Assembly: GCA_043798915.1 (NCBI GenBank)
Contig: JAZDOG010000028.1
Span: 1-17,901 of the forward strand
Reading direction: 5' to 3'
Source of the DNA: Pseudomonadota bacterium
GTDB lineage: Bacteria; UBA10199; 2-02-FULL-44-16; JAAZCA01
Length of the DNA stretch: 17,901 nt
The notes beneath the pieces were generated by a model that saw only the letters and a program-made list of their open reading frames with translations, did no database searches and was not told where the DNA came from. This document shows, one piece after another, positions 1 to 10,666 of this stretch (position 1 is the stretch's first letter; each line of letters starts with the position of its first letter). The translations under genes and the position numbers were made by a program.

Positions 1-1152
1 GCGCGCTCCTTCATCCGGAAGATCAGGTTCGACAACCTCTCGGGCGCGGTGAGACTCCTGAAGCGCGCAAACGTCCTTGCCGCCTCCTGCGCCAGGATAT
101 GTCCGACCGGCGCGCTCTGCTGCAAGGAGTGCCTGGCCGCAGGTCTCTCGCGTCAGATCGACATCGCCGGCCTCCAGCGCTTCGTGATGGATTGGGAACT
201 GAAGAGCGGGATGATAGAGCCGGCTCCGTCCAGAAAGGACGGCGCAAGGGTGGCCGTCGTCGGCTCCGGCCCGGCAGGGCTGGGGTGCGCGGCGGAACTC
301 GCGGTGCGCGGCCACATCGTCACAGTCTTTGAAAAAAGCGATAAACCGGGCGGCATTCTCAGCAATTGCATTCCATCCTTTCGCCTGCCAGTCGAGGTCG
401 TCGATTTCGAGATCGAATTCATAAAGAAGCTCGGCGTCGAGTTCGTCTGCGGAAGTTCCGTGGACGGGACGAAGGGCCTTTTCGGCGATGGATTCAAGGC
501 CGTCTTTCTCGGCGCCGGTCTCGATAAGCCGCGCGGCGGAGATATCATCGGGGCGAACATCCCGGGCGTCCATCAGGCGATGGATTTCCTTCGAGCCGCA
601 AAGGCTGGAAACGTTCCGGAACTCGGAAGCCGCGTCGTTGTCATCGGCGGCGGCGACACTGCGCTCGATGCGGCGCGGGTGGCGAGGCGCTCTGGCGCGG
701 AGTGCCTCGTCCTCTATCGCCGCACGCAGCCGGAGATGCCGGCGTATCGGGACGAGGTGATCGGCGCCTGGGACGAGGGCGTGGAGTTTTATTTCCGCAC
801 TGTCGTCCGTCTGATAGCGGGGACGGACAAGGTCCGCGGCGTCAAGTGCGTGCGCATACGCTGGCGTCCACGCGTCCGCGGTATGCCGAATGGATACGAC
901 GTTGAGGGCTCCGAGTTTGTCATCGCCTGCGACTCGGTGATCCTCGCGATGGGCCAGGGGCCCGCTTCTTCCTGGGGCCTGAGAACATCGCCAAAAGGCC
1001 TCGTCGCGGTCGAGACGGAGACGATGATGACGTCCGAGAAGGGCGTCTTCGCCGGCGGCGATCTGGTCCTCGGCGGCGGCACGGCCGCGAGGGCCGTGGG
1101 GCAGGGCAAACAGGCGGCGGTGAAAATTGATGAATATGTATCCAGAACCTAA
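1..1152 (+). CDS. preT: Dihydropyrimidine dehydrogenase subunit A-like FAD/Fe-S oxidoreductase (PreT/GltD family), 5'-truncated
   Basis: Frame open from base 1 (ARSFIRKIRFDNLSGAVRLLKRAN...). Fe-S segment CARICP..LC...C and LQRF; FAD motif VAVVGSGPAG; NAD(P) motif VIGGGDTALD; C-terminal FAGGD. Overlaps the start of the preA-like gene. Confidence 0.8.
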   Translation, partial: ARSFIRKIRFDNLSGAVRLLKRANVLAASCARICPTGALCCKECLAAGLSRQIDIAGLQRFVMDWELKSGMIEPAPSRKDGARVAVVGSGPAGLGCAAELAVRGHIVTVFEKSDKPGGILSNCIPSFRLPVEVVDFEIEFIKKLGVEFVCGSSVDGTKGLFGDGFKAVFLGAGLDKPRGGDIIGANIPGVHQAMDFLRAAKAGNVPELGSRVVVIGGGDTALDAARVARRSGAECLVLYRRTQPEMPAYRDEVIGAWDEGVEFYFRTVVRLIAGTDKVRGVKCVRIRWRPRVRGMPNGYDVEGSEFVIACDSVILAMGQGPASSWGLRTSPKGLVAVETETMMTSEKGVFAGGDLVLGGGTAARAVGQGKQAAVKIDEYVSRT

Positions 1153-2341
1153 AATAGATCTCTCGATCGAATTTTGCGGCGTGAAGTTTGCGCACCCGTT
1201 CATCCTTGCGGCGGCGCCGCCGACGGACGACATCGACATGGTGCGCGACGCCTTCCGCGCGGGATGGGCTGGCGCCGTCCTCAAGACGACGTCGGTCGAA
1301 GGTGCTCAAGTTTCGCTGGTCAATCCGATGATGAGCGGGCTCGACTGCGGTCCGGATCGCCTGATGGGAATGGGGAATATAGATCTCGTCAGCGAGCATC
1401 ACATCGACGTCGTCGAGAAGAGGATCTCATCTCTCAAGTCAGAGTTTCCCGACAAGCGCGTCATCGCGTCGATCAGCGGAGATTCAAAGGAGAGCTGGGC
1501 CGAGCTCGCCCGCCGCGCGCGGGAGGCCGGCGCCGACCTCATCGAATGCAGCTTCTCGTGCCCGCAGGGGACGATGGGGCTCAAAGCCGGCGCGATGCTC
1601 GGGCAGGACCCCGTCGCGTCGGCCAAGGTCGCTGACTGGATCAAGGAGGCGGCGGGCGACGTGCCGGTGGTGATCAAGCTGACGCCGCAGGTGGCCGACA
1701 TCGTCGAGATCGCGCGCGCGGTGAAGGGGGCCGGCGCCGACGCGGTCTGCGTGGGGAACACGGTGCCTGCGCTCATGGGGGTCGATCTGGCGAGCTGGGT
1801 CCCCATTCCAAGCATCGGCGGCAAATCCACCTATTCCGGCCTTTCCGGCCCTGCGGTGAAACCGATTTCGCTCCGCTGCGTCGCGCTCGTCTCGAAAGAG
1901 GCGCAGATGCCGATCGCCGGCAGCGGCGGCGCCGTGACTTGGCGCGATGCCCTAGAATTCATTTTGCTGGGCGCCTCGGTCGTGGAGTTCTGCACGGCCG
2001 TGATGCACTACGGCGTCGACATCGTGACCGATCTCGTCGAAGGCATGTCGTTTTATCTTGAGCGGCGCGGCGTCGGGTCCGTCCGCGAGATCGTCGGCGC
2101 GGCGCTTTCCCATATCGTTCCGCATGAGGAGCTGCCGCGCGGAAAAAAGTGGAGGCCGTGCGTCGAGCGCGAAGAGTGCGTCCGATGCGATCTGTGCATG
2201 ATAGCCTGCCGCGACGGCGCGCATCGCGCGATAACGGTCGATGCCGAGAGATATCCTGTGATGGATGAGGAGAGATGCACCGGATGCGCACTGTGCACCA
2301 CCATCTGCCCGGCATATTGCATAAAAATGGAAGAAAAATGA
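1130..2341 (+). CDS. preA: Dihydropyrimidine dehydrogenase subunit B-like protein (FMN TIM barrel plus two 4Fe-4S ferredoxin motifs)
   Basis: PFILAAAPPT, GWAGAVLKT, active-site FSCP, KLTP, GNTV, GLSGPAVKPI; C-terminal CVRCDLCMIAC and CTGCALCTTICP. Start uncertain (TTG 1127, ATG 1130 or ATG 1136). Confidence 0.85.
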   Translation: MNMYPEPKIDLSIEFCGVKFAHPFILAAAPPTDDIDMVRDAFRAGWAGAVLKTTSVEGAQVSLVNPMMSGLDCGPDRLMGMGNIDLVSEHHIDVVEKRISSLKSEFPDKRVIASISGDSKESWAELARRAREAGADLIECSFSCPQGTMGLKAGAMLGQDPVASAKVADWIKEAAGDVPVVIKLTPQVADIVEIARAVKGAGADAVCVGNTVPALMGVDLASWVPIPSIGGKSTYSGLSGPAVKPISLRCVALVSKEAQMPIAGSGGAVTWRDALEFILLGASVVEFCTAVMHYGVDIVTDLVEGMSFYLERRGVGSVREIVGAALSHIVPHEELPRGKKWRPCVEREECVRCDLCMIACRDGAHRAITVDAERYPVMDEERCTGCALCTTICPAYCIKMEEK

Positions 2342-3612
2342 GCTCATATCTCTTTGAATGCATCGATTGTCACAAACATTACCGACCGGATGAGGTCAAA
2401 TATCTTTGTCCGGAATGTTCTGCGGCGGCGCGGCCAATGGAGCCTCTCGCCGGGGTCCTCAAGTGCAACTTCAATTACCGCGCCCTTGCGGAGAGGTTTG
2501 ACCCGCAGACCCTGAAGTGCCGTTCGGAGACGGGGCTCGGGCGCTGGGCGGAGCTTTTGCCCCTCGACTCGATCGACTCGCTCCCTCCGCTCATCACCGC
2601 GGCGACCCCTCTCAGGGCCGCGGTCAACTTGCGGCGCGAGTTCGGCCTCGACGCCCTCTGGATCAAGGACGACACGGTCCAGCCCACCGCTTCGTTCAAG
2701 GACCGCGCATCCGCCCTCGCCGTGGCTGTGGCGCGCGAGCGCGGCATCGACACCGTCGCCACGGCATCCACCGGCAATGCCGCGACAGCGCTCGCGGGGC
2801 AGTGTGCCTCCGTGGGGATGAAGAGCGTTATATTCGCCCCCGCCTCCGCGCCGCCCGCCAAGCTCACGCAGATCGCCGTCTACGGCAGCCTCCTGATGCC
2901 GGTCAAGGGGACGTACGACGAGGCCTTCGAGCTCTCGATAAAGGCGTGCGAGGAGTTCGGGTGGTTCAATCGCAACACCGCCTACAATCCCTTCACGATC
3001 GAGGGCAAGAAGACGGCCGCCCTCGAGATATGGGAGCAGTTGGGCTACATGGCCCCTGACTGGGTCGTGGTGCCGACAGGCGACGGCGTGATACTGGCCG
3101 GGATCGAGAAGGGGTTCTCGGATATGAGGGCCATGGGGCTCATCAAACGCATCCCGCGGCTCGCCGCTGTGCAGGCCTCAGGCTGCGCCCCTATCGTCCG
3201 TGCCTTTGACGCCGGGATCAAGACGATAGTCCCAGAAAAAAAACCAAAGACGATCGCCGACTCGATATGCGTCGGCGTCCCGCGGGCAGGGAGATGGGCG
3301 CTTCAAGCCATATTTTCGAGCGTCGGCACAGCCGTGGCGGTGGAGGACGACGAGATTCTGGAAGCGATTTCTATCCTTGGCAGGACGTCGGGCGTCTTCG
3401 CGGAGCCAGCCGCTGCAACGTCGATAGCAGGCCTCAAGAGGCTTGCGGCAGACGGGACGATAAAGCGCGGCGAGACCGTCGTGGCGCTCGTCACCGGCAA
3501 CGGCTTGAAGGACATACCCGCCGCTGCCCGCTCGGTTTCGATGCCAAAGCCGATTGAGTGCACCCTCGACGCGGTCAGGCGGGTTGTGGAACGAGCGTCC
3601 GGCTCCGCTTGA
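2338..3612 (+). CDS. Threonine synthase-family PLP enzyme (fold type II) with N-terminal zinc ribbon; substrate uncertain
   Basis: ATG 2338 overlaps the preA stop (ATGA). CxxC...CxxC N-terminus, PLP-lysine motif PTASFKDR, ASTGNAA, VPTGDG, AEPAAA, VTGNGLKD. Confidence 0.85.
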   Translation: MSSYLFECIDCHKHYRPDEVKYLCPECSAAARPMEPLAGVLKCNFNYRALAERFDPQTLKCRSETGLGRWAELLPLDSIDSLPPLITAATPLRAAVNLRREFGLDALWIKDDTVQPTASFKDRASALAVAVARERGIDTVATASTGNAATALAGQCASVGMKSVIFAPASAPPAKLTQIAVYGSLLMPVKGTYDEAFELSIKACEEFGWFNRNTAYNPFTIEGKKTAALEIWEQLGYMAPDWVVVPTGDGVILAGIEKGFSDMRAMGLIKRIPRLAAVQASGCAPIVRAFDAGIKTIVPEKKPKTIADSICVGVPRAGRWALQAIFSSVGTAVAVEDDEILEAISILGRTSGVFAEPAAATSIAGLKRLAADGTIKRGETVVALVTGNGLKDIPAAARSVSMPKPIECTLDAVRRVVERASGSA

Positions 3613-3637
3613 CAACCGTCGGGTGCGTCTCTATAAA
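3609..3637 (+). promoter_or_regulatory. sigma70-type promoter for hppA
   Basis: TTGACA (3609-3614), 17-nt spacer, TATAAA (3632-3637); GAGGAGG RBS before ATG 3676. Confidence 0.75.
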
Positions 3638-3675
3638 TCCCCCGTTTTGTATTCCCACACATCGAGGAGGAAAAG

Positions 3676-6165
<2,490 letters not shown>

Positions 6166-6188
6166 AGAGAATAAATAGTCAATATAAG

Positions 6189-6230
6189 TAAAGGGGACGT
6201 TTCTCCTTCAAAAGAGAAACGTCCCCTTTA
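6189..6230. terminator. Perfect 17-bp inverted repeat, probable bidirectional terminator
   Basis: TAAAGGGGACGTTTCTC (6189-6205), 8-nt loop, GAGAAACGTCCCCTTTA (6214-6230), between the convergent hppA and methyltransferase genes. Confidence 0.8.
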
Positions 6231-6233
6231 TCA

Positions 6234-7058
6234 TCAATCGACCCATCTCCACAAGCGTTCGGTCATCTTGAGAGGGTCGTCGGGGTGGGGCTTTATGATG
6301 AGTTCCAGCCCGGCGCTGTCGCCCTGGGTGACTTGGCGCATCTCGACGGGGAGGATGCCCTGCTTCCAGTGCGTGGGGGCCACGAGTGGCGAGGAATCCG
6401 TCGCTTCGCCACGCCCCCAGGTGGTCCGGGGCCAGACGGCGAAGACGCGGACGGCGCCGCTCCTTTCACAGCGGAACTCGTGTTCGACCTGTATCGATTC
6501 CGGAATCTTCTTCTGAAAATCCACAGCGACAATCCTCGACGGCGGCCCCATCAGGTCCATTCCCTTGACGGAGGCGATGTCGGCAGGTCTGTCGATCTTT
6601 GGCAGGCGGCAGCAGGGGGCGCCCCAGAGCTCCAGGCGCTCCGGGATGATGCGCCCGCCGCGTTTAAGGAGGCGTTTTTTTGCGTCGGCCAGGGTGGCGA
6701 GGATGTTTTCGTCGAAGGCGAAGCTCCCCACGGTTTCGCAGATCGCGATGTCGGCGCGAGCGGCGAGATCGAGATCGAAGGAGAGCCCGTTCACAAATGC
6801 GATTTTGTCTGAGACGCCCTCGCGTCTGGCATTCAGCTTTGCCTCGTCAAGCGCCTCGCTGTCGAAGTCCACGGCCCACACCAGCTTCGCACCGGCCTTG
6901 GCCGCCGCGATAGCCAGGAGCCCGAGCCCCGTCCCGATGTCGAGGACGACGTCGCCCGGCTTCACGGATTTTGCGACGGCTCGGACGAGCGGCCCGGTCC
7001 TCAAGGGATCGTCCACCATGTGCGCGTGCCTTTTGCCAGTTCTCGATGAAAGCGCCAT
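6234..7058 (-). CDS. SAM-dependent methyltransferase with PRMT (protein arginine N-methyltransferase) architecture
   Basis: HxxMxxDxxR, VLDIGTGLG, double-E loop (E108-TVGSFAFD-E117), LKRGGRIIP, and C-terminal SP...THWKQ. Confidence 0.8.
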   Translation of the reverse strand: MALSSRTGKRHAHMVDDPLRTGPLVRAVAKSVKPGDVVLDIGTGLGLLAIAAAKAGAKLVWAVDFDSEALDEAKLNARREGVSDKIAFVNGLSFDLDLAARADIAICETVGSFAFDENILATLADAKKRLLKRGGRIIPERLELWGAPCCRLPKIDRPADIASVKGMDLMGPPSRIVAVDFQKKIPESIQVEHEFRCERSGAVRVFAVWPRTTWGRGEATDSSPLVAPTHWKQGILPVEMRQVTQGDSAGLELIIKPHPDDPLKMTERLWRWVD

Positions 7059-7061
7059 ATT

Positions 7062-8000
7062 TTATGCCTGCGCCTTTCCGCAGAATTCCTCGTAGAAGAG
7101 TCCCCATTTGACGCCGCGGTCGCTGATGGTCGCATTGGCAAACCCCAAGGCGCTCATCGATTCGTGCAGGAGGCATGCGCCGGCGAGTATCACGTCGGCG
7201 CGCTCCGGGATGAGGCCGGGCATGCGCTTTCGCTCCTCGAGCGTCATCCTCTTGAATGCGTCCACGATGCCGCGCAGGTCGTCGATCTTGAGTCTGCCGC
7301 CGTGGACCAGGGCAGGGTCGTAGGTCGCAAGTTTGAGATGCATCGCCATGAGCGTGGTGGCGGTCCCGGCGGTGGCGACGAGCGTCCTGTCGTGCGGCCT
7401 GGAATAGATCTCCGGCTCGATGTCCGCCTTGAGCGAGGCCCGGATACGAGAGCGAAGCGCGAGGATATCGGCGTCGGAAGGCGGGTCGTTTTTTATAAAC
7501 TCCTCCGTGAGCGAGACACAGCCCAGGTTCAAGCTCCTGAAGCGGAGAGGTCCCGGTTTGCCGTTGCTTCGCTCCCTGCTCACGAACTCGGTGGAACCCC
7601 CGCCGATGTCGATGACGACGATGTCGTCGCCGAAGTCGCGGGCCGCAGAGGCAAAGGTGAGCGTGGCTTCGCGGTCGAACGATATGATTTCGATCTCGAG
7701 ACCGAGCGACCGCCTTGCGAGCAGCAGGAAGTCCGCCGCGTTCCTTGCGTTTCGAAGGGCCGCCGTCCCGATCGCTGCGACGCGGCGGACGCCGTGCTTT
7801 ACGCAGAGCTCCCAATAGGAAGAGAGCGCATCGAGCGTGCGCTTGGACGCGGCGCCGGATATCTCTCCGCTTTTTCCGAGCCCTTCGCCCAGCCTCGTCA
7901 TCATGGCCCTGTCCTCGACGACGCGCACGCTGCCGTCCGGCACGGCTTCGCCGATGAGGAGGAGAACGGAGTTGGTGCCTATGTCTATAGTGGCAAACAT
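7062..8000 (-). CDS. ppx: Ppx/GppA family phosphatase, short form with no C-terminal HD domain
   Basis: Start MFATIDIGTNS at ATG 8000, 2 nt after the tolB stop. TRLGEG, GTAALRNARN, REA catalytic Glu, DIGGGSTE, LGCVSLTE, RADVILAG, SDRGVKWG. Confidence 0.9.
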   Translation of the reverse strand: MFATIDIGTNSVLLLIGEAVPDGSVRVVEDRAMMTRLGEGLGKSGEISGAASKRTLDALSSYWELCVKHGVRRVAAIGTAALRNARNAADFLLLARRSLGLEIEIISFDREATLTFASAARDFGDDIVVIDIGGGSTEFVSRERSNGKPGPLRFRSLNLGCVSLTEEFIKNDPPSDADILALRSRIRASLKADIEPEIYSRPHDRTLVATAGTATTLMAMHLKLATYDPALVHGGRLKIDDLRGIVDAFKRMTLEERKRMPGLIPERADVILAGACLLHESMSALGFANATISDRGVKWGLFYEEFCGKAQA

Positions 8001-8002
8001 AT

Positions 8003-9274
8003 TTACTCCACTCGGGGTCCCCAGCTCGGGAGCATTCCGTTGCCCTCCGAGACCTTCGTCTGGTTGGAGCCGTCGGCGCGCATGAGGAATATCGCCGGCG
8101 CACCGCCCCGCGTGGAGGAGAAGGTGACGAACCGGCCGTCCGGCGAGAAGTAGGGATGCTCGTTGCTGCCGGTCCCCACCGTCAGGCGCTGGATGTTGCT
8201 GCCGTCGGTGTTCATGATGAAGATGTCGAACGTTCCGCCGTCGCGGCCGGCGAAGACGATCTTGTCGCCGAGCGGCGAACAGCTCGGCATGTCGTTCTGG
8301 TAGCCGACGAAGGTGAGCCTCTGGGCGCTGCCGCCGGTGACCGGTATCCGGTAGAGGTGAAGGCCGCCCGCGCGCTCGGAGGCGAACACGAGCGAGGCAC
8401 CGTCGGCGGACCATGCGGGCGAGACGTCGATCACCTCGCTCTTCGTGAGGCGCAGCATCTTGCCGCCGCCCGGCGGCATAGCGAAGATGTTGTTGATGCC
8501 GGCGATGGACGACGAGAGGGCTATCGTCTTGCCGTCTGGTGACCACTTGGGCGTGATGTTTGCTCCGCCGCTCGTGATCCTCCGGAAATTCTTCTTGCCG
8601 GGCGAGGCCGTGTAGAGGTCCGGGTTTCCCTTCATGTATGACGTGAAGACGAGCTGCGTGCCCTCGGGCGACCAGTTCGATCCGAAATTGAGCGACTTGC
8701 TCTTCGTGACGGCGGTCGGGGCGTTGCCGTCCATGTCCATGACGTAGATGTCCTTGCTGCCCTTGCCGGACTGGACGGTGTAGGTGATCCTGGTGTTGAA
8801 GACGCCGCGGATCGCCGTGAGCGACTCCATGATCTCGTCTGAAAACCTGTGCGCCACCTCGCGCATATGTTTTTTGTCGGCCTTGTACTGTTTGCCGACG
8901 AGCATCTGGCGGTCCATCGTGTCGAAGAGGCGGAGCGTCACCACCGTGTTGCCGCTCTCTTTTTTTACCTCTCCCTTCACGAGCGCCAGCGCCTCGATGG
9001 CCGCCCAGTAGTCGAAGCGTATCGTCTCCTGGGATATTCCTTCTTTCTTCTCCACGCTCTGATATGCGGATTCCGGCACGAGCCTGAAATAGCCCGAGAG
9101 GGTCATGTCGTTCCGGATTATCTTTGCGATCTCTTCGCCAATACCTCCGCCCCGGATATCGGGTATGGCGATCGGAAACTTCTGCTCCGAGGGCTGGTCG
9201 ATCGGGATGTAGATGCGCGCGTGCGCCACGGAGGACACGAAGAGCAGGATTAAGATGGTCGCGAGCTTTTTCAT
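8003..9274 (-). CDS. tolB: Tol-Pal system beta-propeller protein TolB
   Basis: Signal peptide ending VAHA; TolB_N features (IIRNDMTLSGYF, AHRFSDEI...GVFNTRI); repeated PxWSPDG-type (PD40) blades; downstream of tolQRA. Confidence 0.92.
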   Translation of the reverse strand: MKKLATILILLFVSSVAHARIYIPIDQPSEQKFPIAIPDIRGGGIGEEIAKIIRNDMTLSGYFRLVPESAYQSVEKKEGISQETIRFDYWAAIEALALVKGEVKKESGNTVVTLRLFDTMDRQMLVGKQYKADKKHMREVAHRFSDEIMESLTAIRGVFNTRITYTVQSGKGSKDIYVMDMDGNAPTAVTKSKSLNFGSNWSPEGTQLVFTSYMKGNPDLYTASPGKKNFRRITSGGANITPKWSPDGKTIALSSSIAGINNIFAMPPGGGKMLRLTKSEVIDVSPAWSADGASLVFASERAGGLHLYRIPVTGGSAQRLTFVGYQNDMPSCSPLGDKIVFAGRDGGTFDIFIMNTDGSNIQRLTVGTGSNEHPYFSPDGRFVTFSSTRGGAPAIFLMRADGSNQTKVSEGNGMLPSWGPRVE

Positions 9275-9302
9275 ATGATATCGATCTCCTTGTCGTCCTT
9301 TA

Positions 9303-10178
9303 TCATTGCGGCTTCATTCTCGGATCAAACTCTATCAGAAAGCCCTCGTTGTAGGCTTCCCATGCGAGGCGGTCGGGCGGCGTCGGGAAGGGGGAGGCCT
9401 TTTTCACGGCGCGGATGGCCGACTGGTCGAACGAGGCGTTGCCCGAGGCCCGCTCCAGCCGCGTCGACGTGACTTCGCCGTCCACGTTGATTCTGACATC
9501 GATGCGGGAGCTGAACCTCTTGCCGCCCTCTTCGGCGTACACGGTCGGCACGACCCACTCCCTGATGATCCTGCCGCGCACCATCGCCTGGTACTTGAGA
9601 TACTCCGGATCCGAAGGCGAAACGCGCAGCGGCTTGTCGCTCGTGCCGTATTTGTATCCTTCGTTGCCGGCGGCAACCTGGGCGGCCTCCGGCACCACCT
9701 GCCGGCCAGTCAGCTGCTTGTCTATCTTTGCCAGCGCGTTCTGTATCTGCCGGTCCGCTTTCGAAGCCGCCTTTGGCTTGAGCTTCGCATCCGTCTTCGT
9801 CATCTTCGGCGTCTTGATCTCAGGGCGCGGCTCCGGTTTCACCTGTTCCTTGGGCTTCTCCTCCGCCGTTTTCTCGGGCGGCGCCTTCATCTCCGGGGCG
9901 AGCGCCTTCATCTCCGGCGCCTCGGGCTGGAAGGTCTTCTGCTGTTCCTCGATGGTGCTCTGGGGCAGTTGTTCTGCCTTCTTGAGCCCCAGGCCGAGAT
10001 CCTCGCCCGTGCCGCGGGGCAGCTCGACCCACGTCACGTCTATCCTCATCGGCTTCTCCCTGAACGGGAAATTGAGTCCCGGGGTGACCGAGAGCGTTAT
10101 CAGGATCACCATATGGAAGATTGCGGAGGAGATGATCGGCTTCCGCAAGCGGGAGCCGTTTGACAGCCGTGTTCTCAC
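9303..10178 (-). CDS. tolA: TolA/TonB-family energy transducer
   Basis: Single TM with SAIFH (S-xxx-H) motif, Pro/Lys/Glu-rich linker, C-terminal SGNASFDQSAIRAVKKASPFP; lies between tolR and tolB. GTG start is tentative. Confidence 0.85.
   Translation of the reverse strand: MRTRLSNGSRLRKPIISSAIFHMVILITLSVTPGLNFPFREKPMRIDVTWVELPRGTGEDLGLGLKKAEQLPQSTIEEQQKTFQPEAPEMKALAPEMKAPPEKTAEEKPKEQVKPEPRPEIKTPKMTKTDAKLKPKAASKADRQIQNALAKIDKQLTGRQVVPEAAQVAAGNEGYKYGTSDKPLRVSPSDPEYLKYQAMVRGRIIREWVVPTVYAEEGGKRFSSRIDVRINVDGEVTSTRLERASGNASFDQSAIRAVKKASPFPTPPDRLAWEAYNEGFLIEFDPRMKPQ
9881..9920. repeat. 21-nt tandem duplication in the tolA linker (APEMKAL-APEMKAP)
   Basis: GCGCCTTCATCTCCGG at 9881 and again at 9902. 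Confidence 0.8.
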
Positions 10179-10210
10179 TTAGAGCCTCTCAAAGCCCCTG
10201 AAAGCCCCCC

Positions 10211-10648
10211 CTATTGAGGCTGAGGCGGCGCTTCGGTTTCTGGCTGGGTGATCATGCCGATGCGGTCGACCCCCGCCTTCTTCGCCAGCGACATGACCTT
10301 GACCACCATGCCGTAGCGCAGGTCGGTGTCGGCCTTGATGAAGAGATCCTTGTCCTCTTTGGCCGAATAGATGGCCTGGAGTCTTCCCTCAAGATCATCC
10401 ACCGGGATCGAGGTCTTGTCGTCGCCAAGGAATATGCCGCCGGCCTGCTGGAGCGTGAGTATCACGTCGGTCTTCGTGCGCTTGAGCGCGGGCGCTGCGG
10501 CCTCCGGCAGATGCACGGGCAGCCCCTGCTGCAGGAGCGGGGCTGTGACCATGAAGATGATGAGAAGCACGAGCATCACGTCCACAAAGGGCGTGATGTT
10601 GATCTCGGAGAGCACTCGGTTGTGACTGCCGTTTCTATGAACGATCAT
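10211..10648 (-). CDS. tolR: TolR/ExbD
   Basis: SEINITPFVDVMLVLLIIFMVTAP; FIKADTDLRYG. Confidence 0.93.
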   Translation of the reverse strand: MIVHRNGSHNRVLSEINITPFVDVMLVLLIIFMVTAPLLQQGLPVHLPEAAAPALKRTKTDVILTLQQAGGIFLGDDKTSIPVDDLEGRLQAIYSAKEDKDLFIKADTDLRYGMVVKVMSLAKKAGVDRIGMITQPETEAPPQPQ

Positions 10649-10666
10649 GTCTCTTTCCTCAATGCA

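Noticed and set aside
1..1152. Glutamate synthase small subunit (gltD)
   Set aside because: Same family, but the overlap with a PreA-like gene favours PreT.
2275..2337. Upstream start for the PLP enzyme
   Set aside because: It lies inside the preA ferredoxin domain; the ATGA-coupled start at 2338 is more plausible.
2339..3612. Selenocysteine read-through at the TGA stops of preA or the PLP gene
   Set aside because: Both proteins are complete at these stops. One TGA is part of an ATGA overlap and the other is part of the next promoter's -35 box.
6234..7058. Calling the methyltransferase PrmA (L11 methyltransferase)
   Set aside because: It shares only the generic SAM motif. There is no PrmA N-terminal domain, and the double-E and THW loops point to PRMT.
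8001..8546. N-terminal extension of the Ppx ORF (7062..8546) or a TolB-Ppx frameshift fusion
   Set aside because: The extension is Arg-rich off-frame translation of tolB. Ppx homology starts at ATG 8000, no slippery site was noticed, and TolB is exported while Ppx is cytoplasmic.
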